Assembly (NCBI GenBank): GCA_000182565.2
Contig: KQ257472.1
Direction: 5' to 3' (one strand)
DNA from: Spizellomyces punctatus DAOM BR117
Lineage: Eukaryota
DNA: 64,000 nt
Part shown: positions 1 to 14,139 of the stretch, in pieces
Layout: each line of letters begins with the position of its first letter
How positions within the stretch are numbered: position 1 is the first letter of the stretch
Notes under the pieces: generated by a model
What the model was told of the DNA's origin: nothing
The model's input: the letters and a program-made list of their open reading frames with translations, nothing else
The model's database searches: none
Translations under genes and position numbers: made by a program

Positions 1-803
1 GTAGAATTTATTGTTGTTGGCCTTGATTTCGGTTTGATTGAGCAATGCATCTAATCAGATGACAAAAGTGAGAAGACATGATCCAAAACATTACAATGCA
101 AACAGCAATACCTACCATATACATCAGTCCCATCTTCATAAACATGGCACTTACTCGCCACCGGACACAAATGGTCCACTGCCTATTAGCTCAATGAAAT
201 AGTGTTAAGGTTTAGCCTTGCAACGTGGATTTGATTGCTCTTTACCGCTCTGCCCTTTTTGATAGCTTTGACTATCTTGACCTCTTGGGGAGGCTCGGCG
301 GTCTCGTCCTCGTCCTCGTTCACCTCGGCTTTCTTCCTCTTTTTGCTCTTTTTCTCTCCGTTGGCCACATCCGGCAAGGTCGAATCAATATCATCGGCAT
401 CCTTCTTATCATCACTCTTTCCATTCACGTTTCCATTGCTCTGGTCCACTTTAACAACACTGTAAGAAGCGGGGTCCACTAGTTTGCCTTCGGCTGCTGA
501 GTCCAGCACAAACTGCAAGGAAACAATGGCAACGTCGGAGCGGTGTCGCGCATCGCGTACTTTTGCTGGTACTTTGGCAACAGTAAAGTCTTCCGGTACC
601 GCCACTAAGTGAGTGAGTTTTTGAGAGACGGTCGTGACCACCTTGCCCCCACCGTCCTTGAACACTTTTTGCACCTCCTTCGCAAGGGGGTCTTTCGAGG
701 CTAAAGTGGTGAGAGTGAGGGTAGACCCAACAAAAATTTGTGGAGTAGCGGAGGGAGTAGGCGCGGCAGCAGCAGCTGCAGAGCTTCGCGTTGTTCGTGG
801 CAT
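1..803 (-). CDS. PARP: Poly(ADP-ribose) polymerase, BRCT + WGR N-terminal part (continues beyond the window edge)
   Basis: BRCT-like N-terminus (GGKVVTTVSQKLTHLV...IVSLQFVLDS). After intron 245-183 and a second short intron it reads KKGRA|AVDHLCP..CHVYEDGTDVY|DALLNQTEIKANNNKFY, a typical start of the PARP WGR domain. Confidence 0.88.
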
Positions 804-959
804 GGAAGATGCTTGTAGTTGAAGCTAGATGCCGTGAGCGTAAACAATGAGCATTTTGCCCGCCGATCGTGAGTCAGATTTCATTAAGCTGATTTTGGAC
901 AAATGAGCTCGGTTTGGTGTCCGACAGCTCGCCTAGCGAAGCAACAACAGACAAAGAAC

Positions 960-1565
960 ATGGATGAAGCGATAGCATTAGCGGCAGATGCCTCTGAAGC
1001 TCCAATAAGGGCGCTACATCTATTGCCTTGTCAGATCGATTACGATGGAGAAGCCGCTATCGACTCATTCTTTATCGTTAAGCCGGAAACCAAAGTTGCG
1101 CAAACAAACCAAGGTCTGTATTCAGCCATAAGCAACTTCAGCTGTGAAGACCATATTGACAACTGCGATTACTAGTCACATATCAGTCGACATTTCGTGG
1201 GAGAGGTCTTCGAGGTGTAGAGGTTAAACCACCGAGTCGGTACGAGGGTATGCACAACTGGTCACTTCTCGATAAAACCTCAATATCCAGAAAGTGCCAT
1301 AATGATGAAAGCTGGCTTAGGAGCAATATACCGGGAATCTCGTCCCCCACCCGACATTATGGAAGAACGATATCTAGCGCTCAGTGGCTCATTTAGCTCG
1401 ATCACTACCTGGGGACACAGCGAACTACCAACTCCTTTCAGCAACAACCTTTTGAAGGCAATGACATGGCTGGACGTGACAGAGGACGTAAGAATCATTT
1501 GGGCTCGCTCACAGCTTGCGAATACTTACGCATTTTTTCACTAGCTGCATGCTCATGTTGAATAG
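960..1565 (+). CDS. RNASEH2C: Ribonuclease H2 subunit C
   Basis: LHLLPCQIDYDGEAAIDSFF, STFRGRGLRG, FSSITTWGHSELP and KAMTWLDV motifs over 4 exons; stop TAG at 1563-1565. Confidence 0.85.
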
Positions 1566-1733
1566 GACTAATGCCATAACTCGAATTGTACGCGGACCAT
1601 TGATAATCTTGTATGGTATATGGCATACATTCCAATATGGACTTGTACAATATCTTCACGCTACCTTATCTACATGTAAGCAAGCCAATAAACGCAAGCT
1701 AGACTCAACCATATGTACAGCATATGGCGCCTA

Positions 1734-3996
<2,263 letters not shown>

Positions 3997-5094
3997 TTTG
4001 GGCTTTTATTGGATTATTTCTACAGGATGGGTAGCTCCCAATTGGCACAAAAACAAAAACAAGAAAGTGACGAGAAAGCTTGTGCTTTTATGCGATCTGT
4101 TTGATGACTTCATTGCGCGGGTAAGGCCACAAGCCACATTCGTCACGCGTCACCGATCGCGCTGTGAGCAGGTTATCGCGCACCATCCGGCAACCACTCC
4201 GCACAGCAAGTCTTATTCTACTCGACAAGAATCACCCTGCAACTGGTCTTTTCATCCTCGTATTTAATGCGTCACTAGAGATCAATTCTATTCTACTTTT
4301 AACGTTCATAACTCCTTCTGTATTCCTCTGATTTGGTGATTTCAAACTCCTGCCAACTTGCTTGTAATGTAGTTTTAAGACTTTGGGACACTGGAAAGAC
4401 CAGGCGCATGCTAGCTATAATGAGCAGCCATAGAGGTGCTTCAAACTGCACACAATTCTAAGCTCCAGAGCCGGGCTATCGGTATCAGGAGCGCTTGCGT
4501 ACGATATCACCAAAGTAAAAAAAGGATAGCGCTGAAATGCGTTGGTTGGCGATTTTGGGTCAGGATTGTATTGATTAATATCTGTACATTATTTTCACTG
4601 TCGCATCCTCAAAGGATCAGACGATGTCAAATGGCAATAGTTACACATCTCTTCAGTCATGTATCCAGTGCAGTATGACTAGATAGAATAATATGGTTCT
4701 TTTTAAAATAATTATCATTCCCATTATACTACCTTGCTAGGGTAAATCCGGGAGAGATTGCAAGGAGGGAAGGAGGCAAAAGTGGCATTCCCCGGAAGAG
4801 CATATAAAATAACTTCTTTGACTAGCCGCCGTGATGGTGAAGTGGAAGAACAATGAAAGAATGAAAAATGCTCCCTTGTATTCGGTAAGGAAATGCTTGA
4901 ATGGCCGGCCATACTCTTAACAACTAATAGCTCGCCGTTTTCTCAATTTCTATAGACGACGATGTGTAACTTATAGGGCCGTGAATGCACTATGACTGGA
5001 TCGGCAGTCCCTAAATCGTGATTATGTAATAGCTCCGCTGCTGATCTTTGAACTGTTCGGCCACTTACCAAGTTGGCGCAACGACACACTAACG

Positions 5095-8000
5095 ATGGCT
5101 GAACAAACTATGGTATGTGTTGCACTTGCTTACTACTCATATCTTTCAGTCTTTTTAAAGCTGTACCTGACCCTATATGCTTGCCAGTGTGACGCGGCCA
5201 GTTTCGGCGTCTCCGACGTCCGAACCTTGATACTTCTGCTAGACTCACCCGAGCAGCTGGTATGCGTAGGTGCACTGGATGCTTTGGCAAAGTATGCAGA
5301 AGCCGGTATGTGTCGTTGAATTTGCAACATTTTCTCCATCCTCCCATTGACTTTTGTCTTTATTACTCGCTAGCTTCGAAACATCGGATACAGCTTTTGT
5401 CTTTAAATATACTGAACCCCCTCATCGATCTTTGCAAATCGACCGACCCACTTGTCAAAAAATCTGCTGTGGCATGCTTGGCTGCTTCCACCGAGTTGAG
5501 TGAGTGGCTGCCTGTGGTGGGTCGTTTGGACCTGATCAATCTGGCAACACGTCCAGGTCACTGACGAGATCACACTTTCTGTGATACCTGCCGCTACATA
5601 ACAGCAACTGACTTTCACCCGGAACTAAGAAGAAGAGATGTAATGATACTGCTAATCTCGCTGCTGGGACCCGATCAGCCTCCAGAAGTTCAGGACGAGG
5701 CTGCCTTTGCGCTGGCCAACCTTGCCCGGGACTGTATGTATGACTAGAGTTGAACTATTTATTTATACTTTAGCTAACGCATCCCATAGTTGCAAATAAG
5801 GCTGACATCAGGAGCGCTGGCGGCATAAAAGCACTTGTGGCTCTCCTTGATTCTCCAGATCCAGATGTGAAGAAGAACGTGGGACATGCCCTTTCATCAA
5901 TGCTTGAAGACTGTATGTGTTGCGTAACCAGATTGAGAACAAAAAAGCAAGCATTGCCGAGAACTAAGATACTTGCCATGAACAGTTGCTAGTCGGATGG
6001 AGGTGCGGTACGTCAACGGACTAGCTCCATTGCTCGAACTACTTGCCTCCGAATATCAAGACGTGCAGGAAAACGCTTTGACAAGTCTTATCCGCTGTGC
6101 GGAAGATTGTAAGCAATTCATCGCTATTCGTGCAAAATGCCAATCTTACAAACACGCATATACATTTGATCATATTAGACGGCAATCGTATAGAGATTCG
6201 CAAACTCAACGGCATAAGGCGTCTAGTTGATTTTCTCAACCAGAACTTACCCGAACTTCATCATTTGACTTTACTCTGCTTGGCTAATTGCTTCGAGGAT
6301 TGTAAGTCTCTGAGCTTGCTTTCGCCATCTCTTTCCGTTTTGTTGAGCATCCCCATGAACAGCGGAAACCAGCAGTATCTTTCCTGAACTGGGCGGATTG
6401 GCGTCGTTGGTGAAAATGGCGGGGGCAGATGATGTCCGAATCAAACGCAACGCTGCGCTTGCGCTAGCACGAGCGGCGAAGCTTGGTAGGTTGCAGATCG
6501 CTTTTCATAGACTCGCGACTTACCCTAGTGTCCGATGCGGCCAGATCGAAATCAAAACTACATCCGTGAAGCAGGTGCCCTCCCCGTTCTTCTTGCAAAT
6601 CTGGCACATTCGGATCCAGGGGCAATCAGTCATGCTGCAATGGCGCTGGCTTATCTGGGAAAGAATGGTAGATTGTTTGTCATCGTCACATTGATCCGCG
6701 AAGGACGATTGTGCGCTAATCTGCCAACATGTACTAGAAATTAATCAGATTGAATTGAGCAAGATGGGAGCGGCAGAGGTGTTCATTCGACTCTTGGCGC
6801 ATGACGATTTGGACGTCTGCAGACAGAGCGTAGGTGCCCTCTCAAGTCTTTGTCTAAATGGTGAGAAAAGCATTTAAGCAATCGATCTGAGGATACTCAA
6901 CTGAAACTGTCATATTTCTCATAGCTAAAGCTCGGCCAAAAGTGCGGCAAAATGATGGTGTGCAGGCCGTTCTCAAGCTTCTCAGTCTTGAGGATATCCA
7001 AACATTACTGAACGCATGCGAGTGTTTAGCGAATCTGGCCGAAGACTGTATGTATAAACCCATATTGAAATGCTCCAGTCTCCACAGATAACTGAGACAT
7101 CCACTTGCAGCTGCCATTCGGACAGATATTGTCAAGCTGTACAGCGGCGTGCATTCATTGGTGATGACATTACAAAAGACAGATCTCAAAATAAAAAGCA
7201 CAGCTGCTTTGGCTCTTGCTCGTTGCATGCAAGACGGTGGGTCTTGGGAAACTATTGCACTTCCCCAATTCTCTCTAATTATTCAACCCATGCAGCCGAC
7301 GGCAGGATGGCGTTGACGAAGGAACCGCAAGATCGCGGCCTGAACCATATCATAGAGTTGATAGCGTCAAAAGATATCAACGTCTGCCGAAATGCCGCAT
7401 ACGCATTGTCGAACGCGGCACAGCATGGTTAGTTGGATTAAAGTTTCCAAAGAGTGAAGTCAGGTCATTCACTGACCGACTCATTTCAGATGGCATTGCA
7501 ATGGCTGCTTGCCGCGCTGGTGCGCTAGAAGCCTTGATTGACCTGTCAAAAGATCCCGCCAGACATGCTCCGAAATTTGCTGCGGATGCTTTGGAAAAGC
7601 TCCTGAACTACAGTAAGTCAGCAAGCAAGGATATCTTCCAACATCAGCCATGTTGCGACATGTGAATTCTTAATTCTCGTGAATATTCTAGATCTCTCTG
7701 CTAAATATTGGTTACGGGATCATCTCTCTGCTACAAACATCATCCCCGACGTATTTTACGATTTTGGCTCAGCCGGATCCAATCTTGACTCTCTTCATCC
7801 TTTCCCGTCTCTGCAAGAGCTGAAATCTCAGCCAGTCGACAAGCGTCGCGAAGTCCTCCTTATTGACCCAGTTCAAGATCCTCACCTAAATGCATTAGTC
7901 CAGCTGGCGTCAGAAGGATCACTCGCATTACGCACCCCGCGGCAGCAAATTCGTCAAATTGCCTCCATTGTAGTGCAGGTCCTAGGAGGCACCGTAGATC

Positions 8001-8572
8001 GAGCTCGACTACAGGACGTTGCCTACAAATTCAAAATCACGGAGCTCAAAGTCAAGCTGGGGACGAACGTGATTCCGCTGGGACAGGTCGCACACGGAAC
8101 CTTCTACCATAGGGCACTACTGTTTAAATTCTTGTGTGATAAAGTGGGACTGGCACCGTGCACACTTGTGAGAGGGGAATACGGGCGAGCTTGGAATGTG
8201 GTGGATGTCATGCGACAAACATTAACACCGCCAAAAATACCTGCGCCAATCGTTCCCTCTGCTCCTACAACACCCGCTAAGCCGGAAAAGATGGCTGGGT
8301 CCGCGCGGGTTCGCCACTCAGTTTCTGCTAACAGAGGTGACCGTGATGGAGGAGTTACAGGTGGATTGGTGGGTTCGGCGGCTGGTAATGCAACAGTTGC
8401 TACAACTGTGCCTGTACCCCCAGCGACATTGGTCCCGATCACGTTGCCTGACCCAGCAGACGATGTAGTCCCCATGCCCGAAGAAAAGGCTATTGTTGAT
8501 CTCATGTTTGATCCTGGGCGACTATTGATTGTTGGGTCTCCTGAGGCGGATATGTACCAGCGGTTTTCGTAA
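5095..8572 (+). CDS. ARMC3: Armadillo repeat protein with C-terminal EDR1-type domain (ARMC3-like)
   Basis: Many short exons encode ARM repeats (EVQDEAAFALANLA, GGIKALVALLDSPDPDVKKN, GLAPLLELLASEY). The last exon has VIPLGQVAHGTFYHRALLFKFLCDKVGLAPCTLVRGEYGRAWN and IVDLMFDPGRL. Start codon uncertain. Confidence 0.85.
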
Positions 8573-8790
8573 TGTGGGATTCGTCTAATAGATGTCTCGT
8601 CTCAAGTCCTGACCAAAGTTTTTGGTACTTTTTGCTATTATTTCCAGCTATATTATAGTACATTTATGGTTCCTATGCCACATGGAGCAAATGGTCTCTC
8701 ACATGAGCCAGCCTGAGCCATTTTTGGAATAGATACTTGATGCAATCTATTCCTGAATATCTTCGGAGAATTAAATCCCTTGTCAGATAA

Positions 8791-11428
8791 ATGCGCGGAC
8801 ATGCAAGGGCTCTCAATCCAGATATTACAACTCTAATTATGAGAATTCAAGGCTGCAAATCCCAGCGCCAGTTTGCTTCAAATACTAGCCCGGTTAAAAT
8901 CCCCATCGATCGGAGAACGCTGCAAGCAATTGCTAAAGAAAATACTCTGAAGGAGACGATTGCTCCTACTGCACCATCTGGTCAACTGGATTCTTGCACA
9001 AGCAAGTCGGATGTTGATTCTCCACATCTTTCAACATCAACATCATGGTGCAACGACGCTGATTCTTCAACAGACGAGCAGAGCTCGACAGCGAGCGCAA
9101 ATCAAGGATCTATTGACTCCCAGTGCACATCTGCACTGGATTATCTTAACAAATTGGAGCTTCAAGCCCTGCAAGCACATGCCGCTGACTACCGAGATGC
9201 ATTCCAAATTGAACAGCAGCGAAAGATTCTCGCCGCTCGGGCATCCTACTTGCAAGAGAAACTGGGTGAACAACTACATGATGCGGCGAGAAAGATTGCG
9301 CCCCGCTTCTATGGATGGCAACCTTCAGATTGGAATGGAGTACACGGCCAGCTCATTAAAGATGACAGGGATCCTGATGATCTTTGGAGAGCACTTCGAG
9401 CTGCTGAAGCACATTCGTATCCTTTGGAGGACCCAGCAGTTTCGGATCGTTTCTTCAAGGAGATGGAAGAATTGATGCTAGTCGAAGATCTTGCGGAACT
9501 ACAATGCGGTACATGGGCAGGTATGGGAAGGGGAGTGATGCATGCAAAAGTGGTCGACTGAGCAAAATCTCCATTTAGATGAAACCACATCATATGAGAC
9601 GAACTCTCGCATGTCCCCTTCTTCCAGGAAACAAATCGAGCGAAAGCCGAACCCTGTAGTGAGAACGACCAATCAACGTATGTTACCGGTATTGGGGGCG
9701 GTTAAAATCTCTTCGCTCTTATACCTATGTACGTACGTACCATACCTTCGAAATAGGCCACGCTCATTCAAAGCCAAAACTCTCCGTGCCGGTATCGTCA
9801 ATTCCTCGCGGGAAAACAACCTCTCAAAAACGTCTTGAGCAGGAGCTCGCGAAGAAGGAGGCTGCTCTCCAAGCGATGATGAAAGATGGTTTTCGAGCGA
9901 ATCCGGTACCTGCCTCAACTTTGATCCCCAGGTACGATGGCGGAGGCAATTGTTTCCCAATTCTTGATTTCAAATAACGGGGACATGCAGATACGATCAG
10001 ATCATGCGGTCAAGAGGTACGAAGAGTGCGGCAATGCGAGCTCAGCGAGTTTCGAAGATAAAAGGCGGTGTCAAACCGTTTGGCTTTTCAAGTAAGCCGA
10101 ATGACAAGTCGTGTCCATGTGGAGTATGTATAGAAGAGGTTATGCTTCGAGCTATTTTCGTACCGGCTCACGCTTTTGACCAACAAGTTGGAAGCCACTG
10201 TTGAGAATGCCCTTAATCAAATTTCTCGAGATGCACATTCAAAACCCATTATCAAAAGTCAGAGACCCGCAGGTTCTCCACCGCCACGACTGGTACAACA
10301 GGCGATAGAAGATGGACGGCGAAGGCGACAACGGATCTTGGGTACATGTCCGCCATGTCAACTTCTGCTTCATTTCAGTAGGAGACTAATCCAGAATGCT
10401 ATAGAAAATGAATCCAAAGCAGGACTGACCGAAGAGCACAAATTTCGTCCGAAAATAAATTGGGAAATACCAAACCATGCTCGCAACCATGCGAAATTTG
10501 CGAAGGAAGTAGAAAAGCGGAAAACCGTGCATTCACCTACAAAGTAAGTCTTGTGCATGCGTCTACATCAGGTACAAACTATTTGTAGAAAACTAATGCT
10601 ATCATGCTGTCTTGTAGACCTCATCCGTTTCCTGGCGTTGAATATCACCATCAGGTTGCACCTTCACGCTCGCGTCATCAGCAATGCGCTTTGAACAATG
10701 ACGCCGTGTCAAGTAGCAGACATCAATGGCCGTATATTAAGAAGAAACGTCTCTCAATAGCCACTCGTATGCAGGTACGTCACTCTATTTACCATGGATG
10801 CCAATCTCCAGCGAACCAAACTTATGTACTATGTAGATCCCAAAAGCTCGTGAAACCCACTCTCATAGGCTGAAGGTCCTTCATCGAAAGACTGTAGAGG
10901 AAACTCGAGGCTTGATTAAGGACGAATTGGAAAAACAGAGGCAAGAAAGGCGGAAAGAGATCAAGGTACATGTGGCATCTTCCCTCATGACAAGTACTAC
11001 TGGTGCTCAACAGACTCGGCTGTAGAGGATCGAGCAGAAGGTTCGAAGCCGCCTAACAACCAAAATCGGTACCACAGCCAACAGCGATAGCGTACATCAC
11101 GCACGACAGGAGGGTTACTTAAGAGGTACACTTGTGCGAAAGAATCCGCTTGCCGTGTGTTCATAATCTGAGCGCACCTTGATCGCAGCCCAGGCAGAGC
11201 GAGCCGAAGAATACCGTAAGCAATTGCGAGATATGAAGAAGCGTCTCGATGAGCGGCCGTGTCTATTTGAGCAAGTTGACGTCCTTACAGCCAAGCAGAA
11301 GGCTATTACAGGTATTTTTATGATTCGTGAGCTCATCCTGCCATCAACTTCCTAACACCTTTACAGATTTTAATCATATTCTCACCAAAAATGGGCTCAA
11401 AGTGGAAGATTTCGCTTCAGCGGGATAG
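8791..11428 (+). CDS. FAM161: FAM161A/B family (UPF0564) ciliary/centriolar microtubule-binding protein
   Basis: Spliced translation contains FRANPVPASTLIPRY, VKPFGF, LTEEHKFRPKINWEIP and EYRKQLRDMKKRLDERPCLFEQ, motifs I recognise from FAM161 proteins. Start uncertain. Confidence 0.78.
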
Positions 11429-12498
11429 CGCTCTTGACATGTACATATATACTTGTTACTACACTAGAATTGCAATTTATGATGCAGATGTTTGAATGAT
11501 ATCGTGCTGGGATGAGATGTTAGTTCTCACTGATAGGCAGAGTTTCCGTGTGTGGAACGCTCAAACCGCTCGATACCACCCATCCATAGTAGAAAGTGCA
11601 GCATGGCTCAAGCGCAGAGTAATCCGCGTGCCAGAAAACTTTCCAAAACCTTTGTGCAAGTAGCAAAAGGCATGTGGCAGGATATTTGACGTCGAAACTG
11701 AAGGCTTGACCGAGGCTTGCAGCTGTACAAGGTGGAAAGCGGCATGTGCGATGGACATTGAACTTGCACGGCGCAAAATCGATGATTTTTCCAAAGTTGT
11801 AACGTGCTAACTACGATGCCATTGACAGCTGGTTATGGATTGTTTATGAACAGACGCGGCATCATCATGCAATATCTTTCATGAATCTCTCATATATCGG
11901 CCATCGCTTCAACTATTCTTCAAAAGGCCGTTGGGCTGACCATGGTTTTACATTGCCACAGCTGTGGGGGTTGAGGATCCGTCATAGTTACTGCAATCTT
12001 CGCTATCAGACCAGTGAGTTTCGCCCAGGCGCGCGTCAGGCCCCAAAGTTGCAGCTGTCAAATTCCTCCGATGTTCGTCTGGTCATCACAAACCCCCCAC
12101 ATTTGGAATGCTTCATATCCGCCACATGAAAATACAAATTACCTGTCAAGAAAGACTAAATTGGAAAAGGTCGCCAACATCAATCCATCATCTGCCACTG
12201 CCAACTCCCCTAAAAAGTAAAGGGTTGCGGGCATGACATCTTAACGTCAAAAGAAAGGACAAGAAACTGCGGAGATGGGAATTTGATAAAAGGGTATAGG
12301 CACCTTCCCTCTCCTTTTCAAGTTCCTTCGGCAATATCAAACAATTGAGCTTGTTGCCTCCACTTGTCCTTTACGCTATCTCTGCAACATAACTGGATAG
12401 GTTGACATCTTTCATTTACCCTCTTGTACCCTTGTGCATGCTGTCGCACCCCCAGTGACGTTTTCAAGTCAACATAAAATTCACCACTATTGCTAGCC

Positions 12499-13791
12499 AT
12501 GGGCGTAACGGATAAAGCAGCATTGTTCCTTATTGGTGTAGACGGCAAAATAATACCAGAATACGTCGAACGCTCCGTGACTCGTCAATCAGTCCACTCT
12601 ATCACCACATATGTCGGTAGTCAACCTTTGGGTAAACGCTTCAAGATCGTTGCCAAAAATATTGGATGTCGTCCTACATTCCGCAACCTTTTCAACGTCG
12701 TGAACAGTGATACAAAGGAAAAAGTTGTCAGAAATCTTTGCTTCCTCATCTACGTTGATGAAGAACTGGTTTACGCCCGTATCATCAGTCGAATCGGCGA
12801 AGGACGTGAGATTGAGGGATATCGGAAAGGTAACGGGCAGATCGACCCGTTTGAATTTGGCACGGGCAAAGGCGCCAGGATTGTAAACGAAGGGGATAGC
12901 AAGGAGCGTAGTGGAAGCATCCGGATGGAGGTGTGGAATGCGGAAGTCCTCAAAAAGTTAACTGGATATGTCCCGATCTGGCCTGGGGAGGAGAATGAGC
13001 AGCAACACTCTGAGGAATCCGACAGGATTGTCATCGGCCATGCTGCGGACATTACTGCACAGGAAGGCAGTGCGGATCCTGAGACTACATTGTAAGTTTC
13101 CCAATTAAGTTGGCTGCAACGCAATGTCATTTCTAAAGCCATGTATTTTCAATAGAAATCTTTCTCCCAATGCTGTCAGTGCGGTCATCTGCCGTCGAGT
13201 GGGCGCAGCACCCATCGTCACTCATACCATTATATATGGAAAGGTGGAAGATAATGTTGTGCTTGATCCTCTGAGAGAAGGTTTGTTGTCTCCTTTGATA
13301 GTCCCGTCACCTGAATTAATGAAGTTAACGCTCGGTGATGTTTAATAAAAGGATTCACTTGGGCGCCTTGCCTTCAACCTAATTTCATTTCCACCTTCCC
13401 TTCACCCCTCCTACCACCAGTCGCGAGCCCCGGTCGCGATATTAGTGAAAAACCGCCGCTCTCACCTCCTCGTGAGAGGGATACTCCACTCGCCATATCA
13501 TCTCAACCTTCCACCTTGCACACATGTGCTAATGCTGCGGGCAGCATTGGATCGTCTTGCAAGAGCTGTCAGTCGGCCAGCACACTCTGCCAATATCTCA
13601 ATGCGAAAGTTAAGCATCTCGAAAGGGAGTTGAGTAAGATAAAGCGTAAAAGATCTCGCGGAGACTGTAACCTGAGCGAGTGCGATACTCCTGCATATGA
13701 TTCAGACCGTCCGTCCCCGCGCCCCCATACACCTAAACGATTTCGAGCACTCCAAGCGACTCGATATTCTTTAAAGATCGAACGGCCCTAA
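12499..13791 (+). CDS. Hypothetical protein: beta-rich N-terminal domain, Pro/Ser linker, Cys-rich segment, short coiled coil, basic NLS-like stretch
   Basis: About 200-codon first exon with donor gtaagt at about 13093, further exons at about 13155-13280 and 13352-13791; ends CQYLNAKVKHLERELSKIKRKR...ERP*. Confidence 0.6.
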
Positions 13792-14139
13792 TATGGACTA
13801 GCGGCGAGACCGCTCCTCCTAGTCATTATGATAAGCCATAGATGCGCTTACCCTCTGATTATCAAGAGTCAATACTGCCTCATTGCTTCATGCTTATATT
13901 TTTCAATTTCATAGTTTGTGCAGTGTCGGGAAACCCTTTTTTAGAATGTATCTGTTATATTTTGTGTATACATTACTACGCACAATGAAAGATTTTGGTG
14001 TACCGGTCTTGCGGTGGATTTTGATATTTGCAGAAGAGAGCCGATGTTCAATATTTATTTTCCCAATGATAATGCACATCTCGGGCTCCGAGAAATTTAT
14101 GTTCAACGTCAATACATACAAGTCATAGTATTATACAAT

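Noticed and set aside
4000..5090. 1.1-kb partly AT-rich gap between PDC and ARMC3, considered as a transposon remnant
   Set aside because: No terminal repeats, target-site duplication or transposase-like frame visible; compatible with an ordinary regulated promoter.
5499..5605. Longer ARMC3 intron with a GACCTG...CAGGTC hairpin, considered as a TPP riboswitch or snoRNA
   Set aside because: It lacks the TPP aptamer CUGAGA motif and a box C (RUGAUGA). A 6-bp stem is expected by chance.
11430..12490. 1-kb intergenic region with short ORFs
   Set aside because: No recognisable protein motifs, consistent splice model, terminal repeats or RNA signature.
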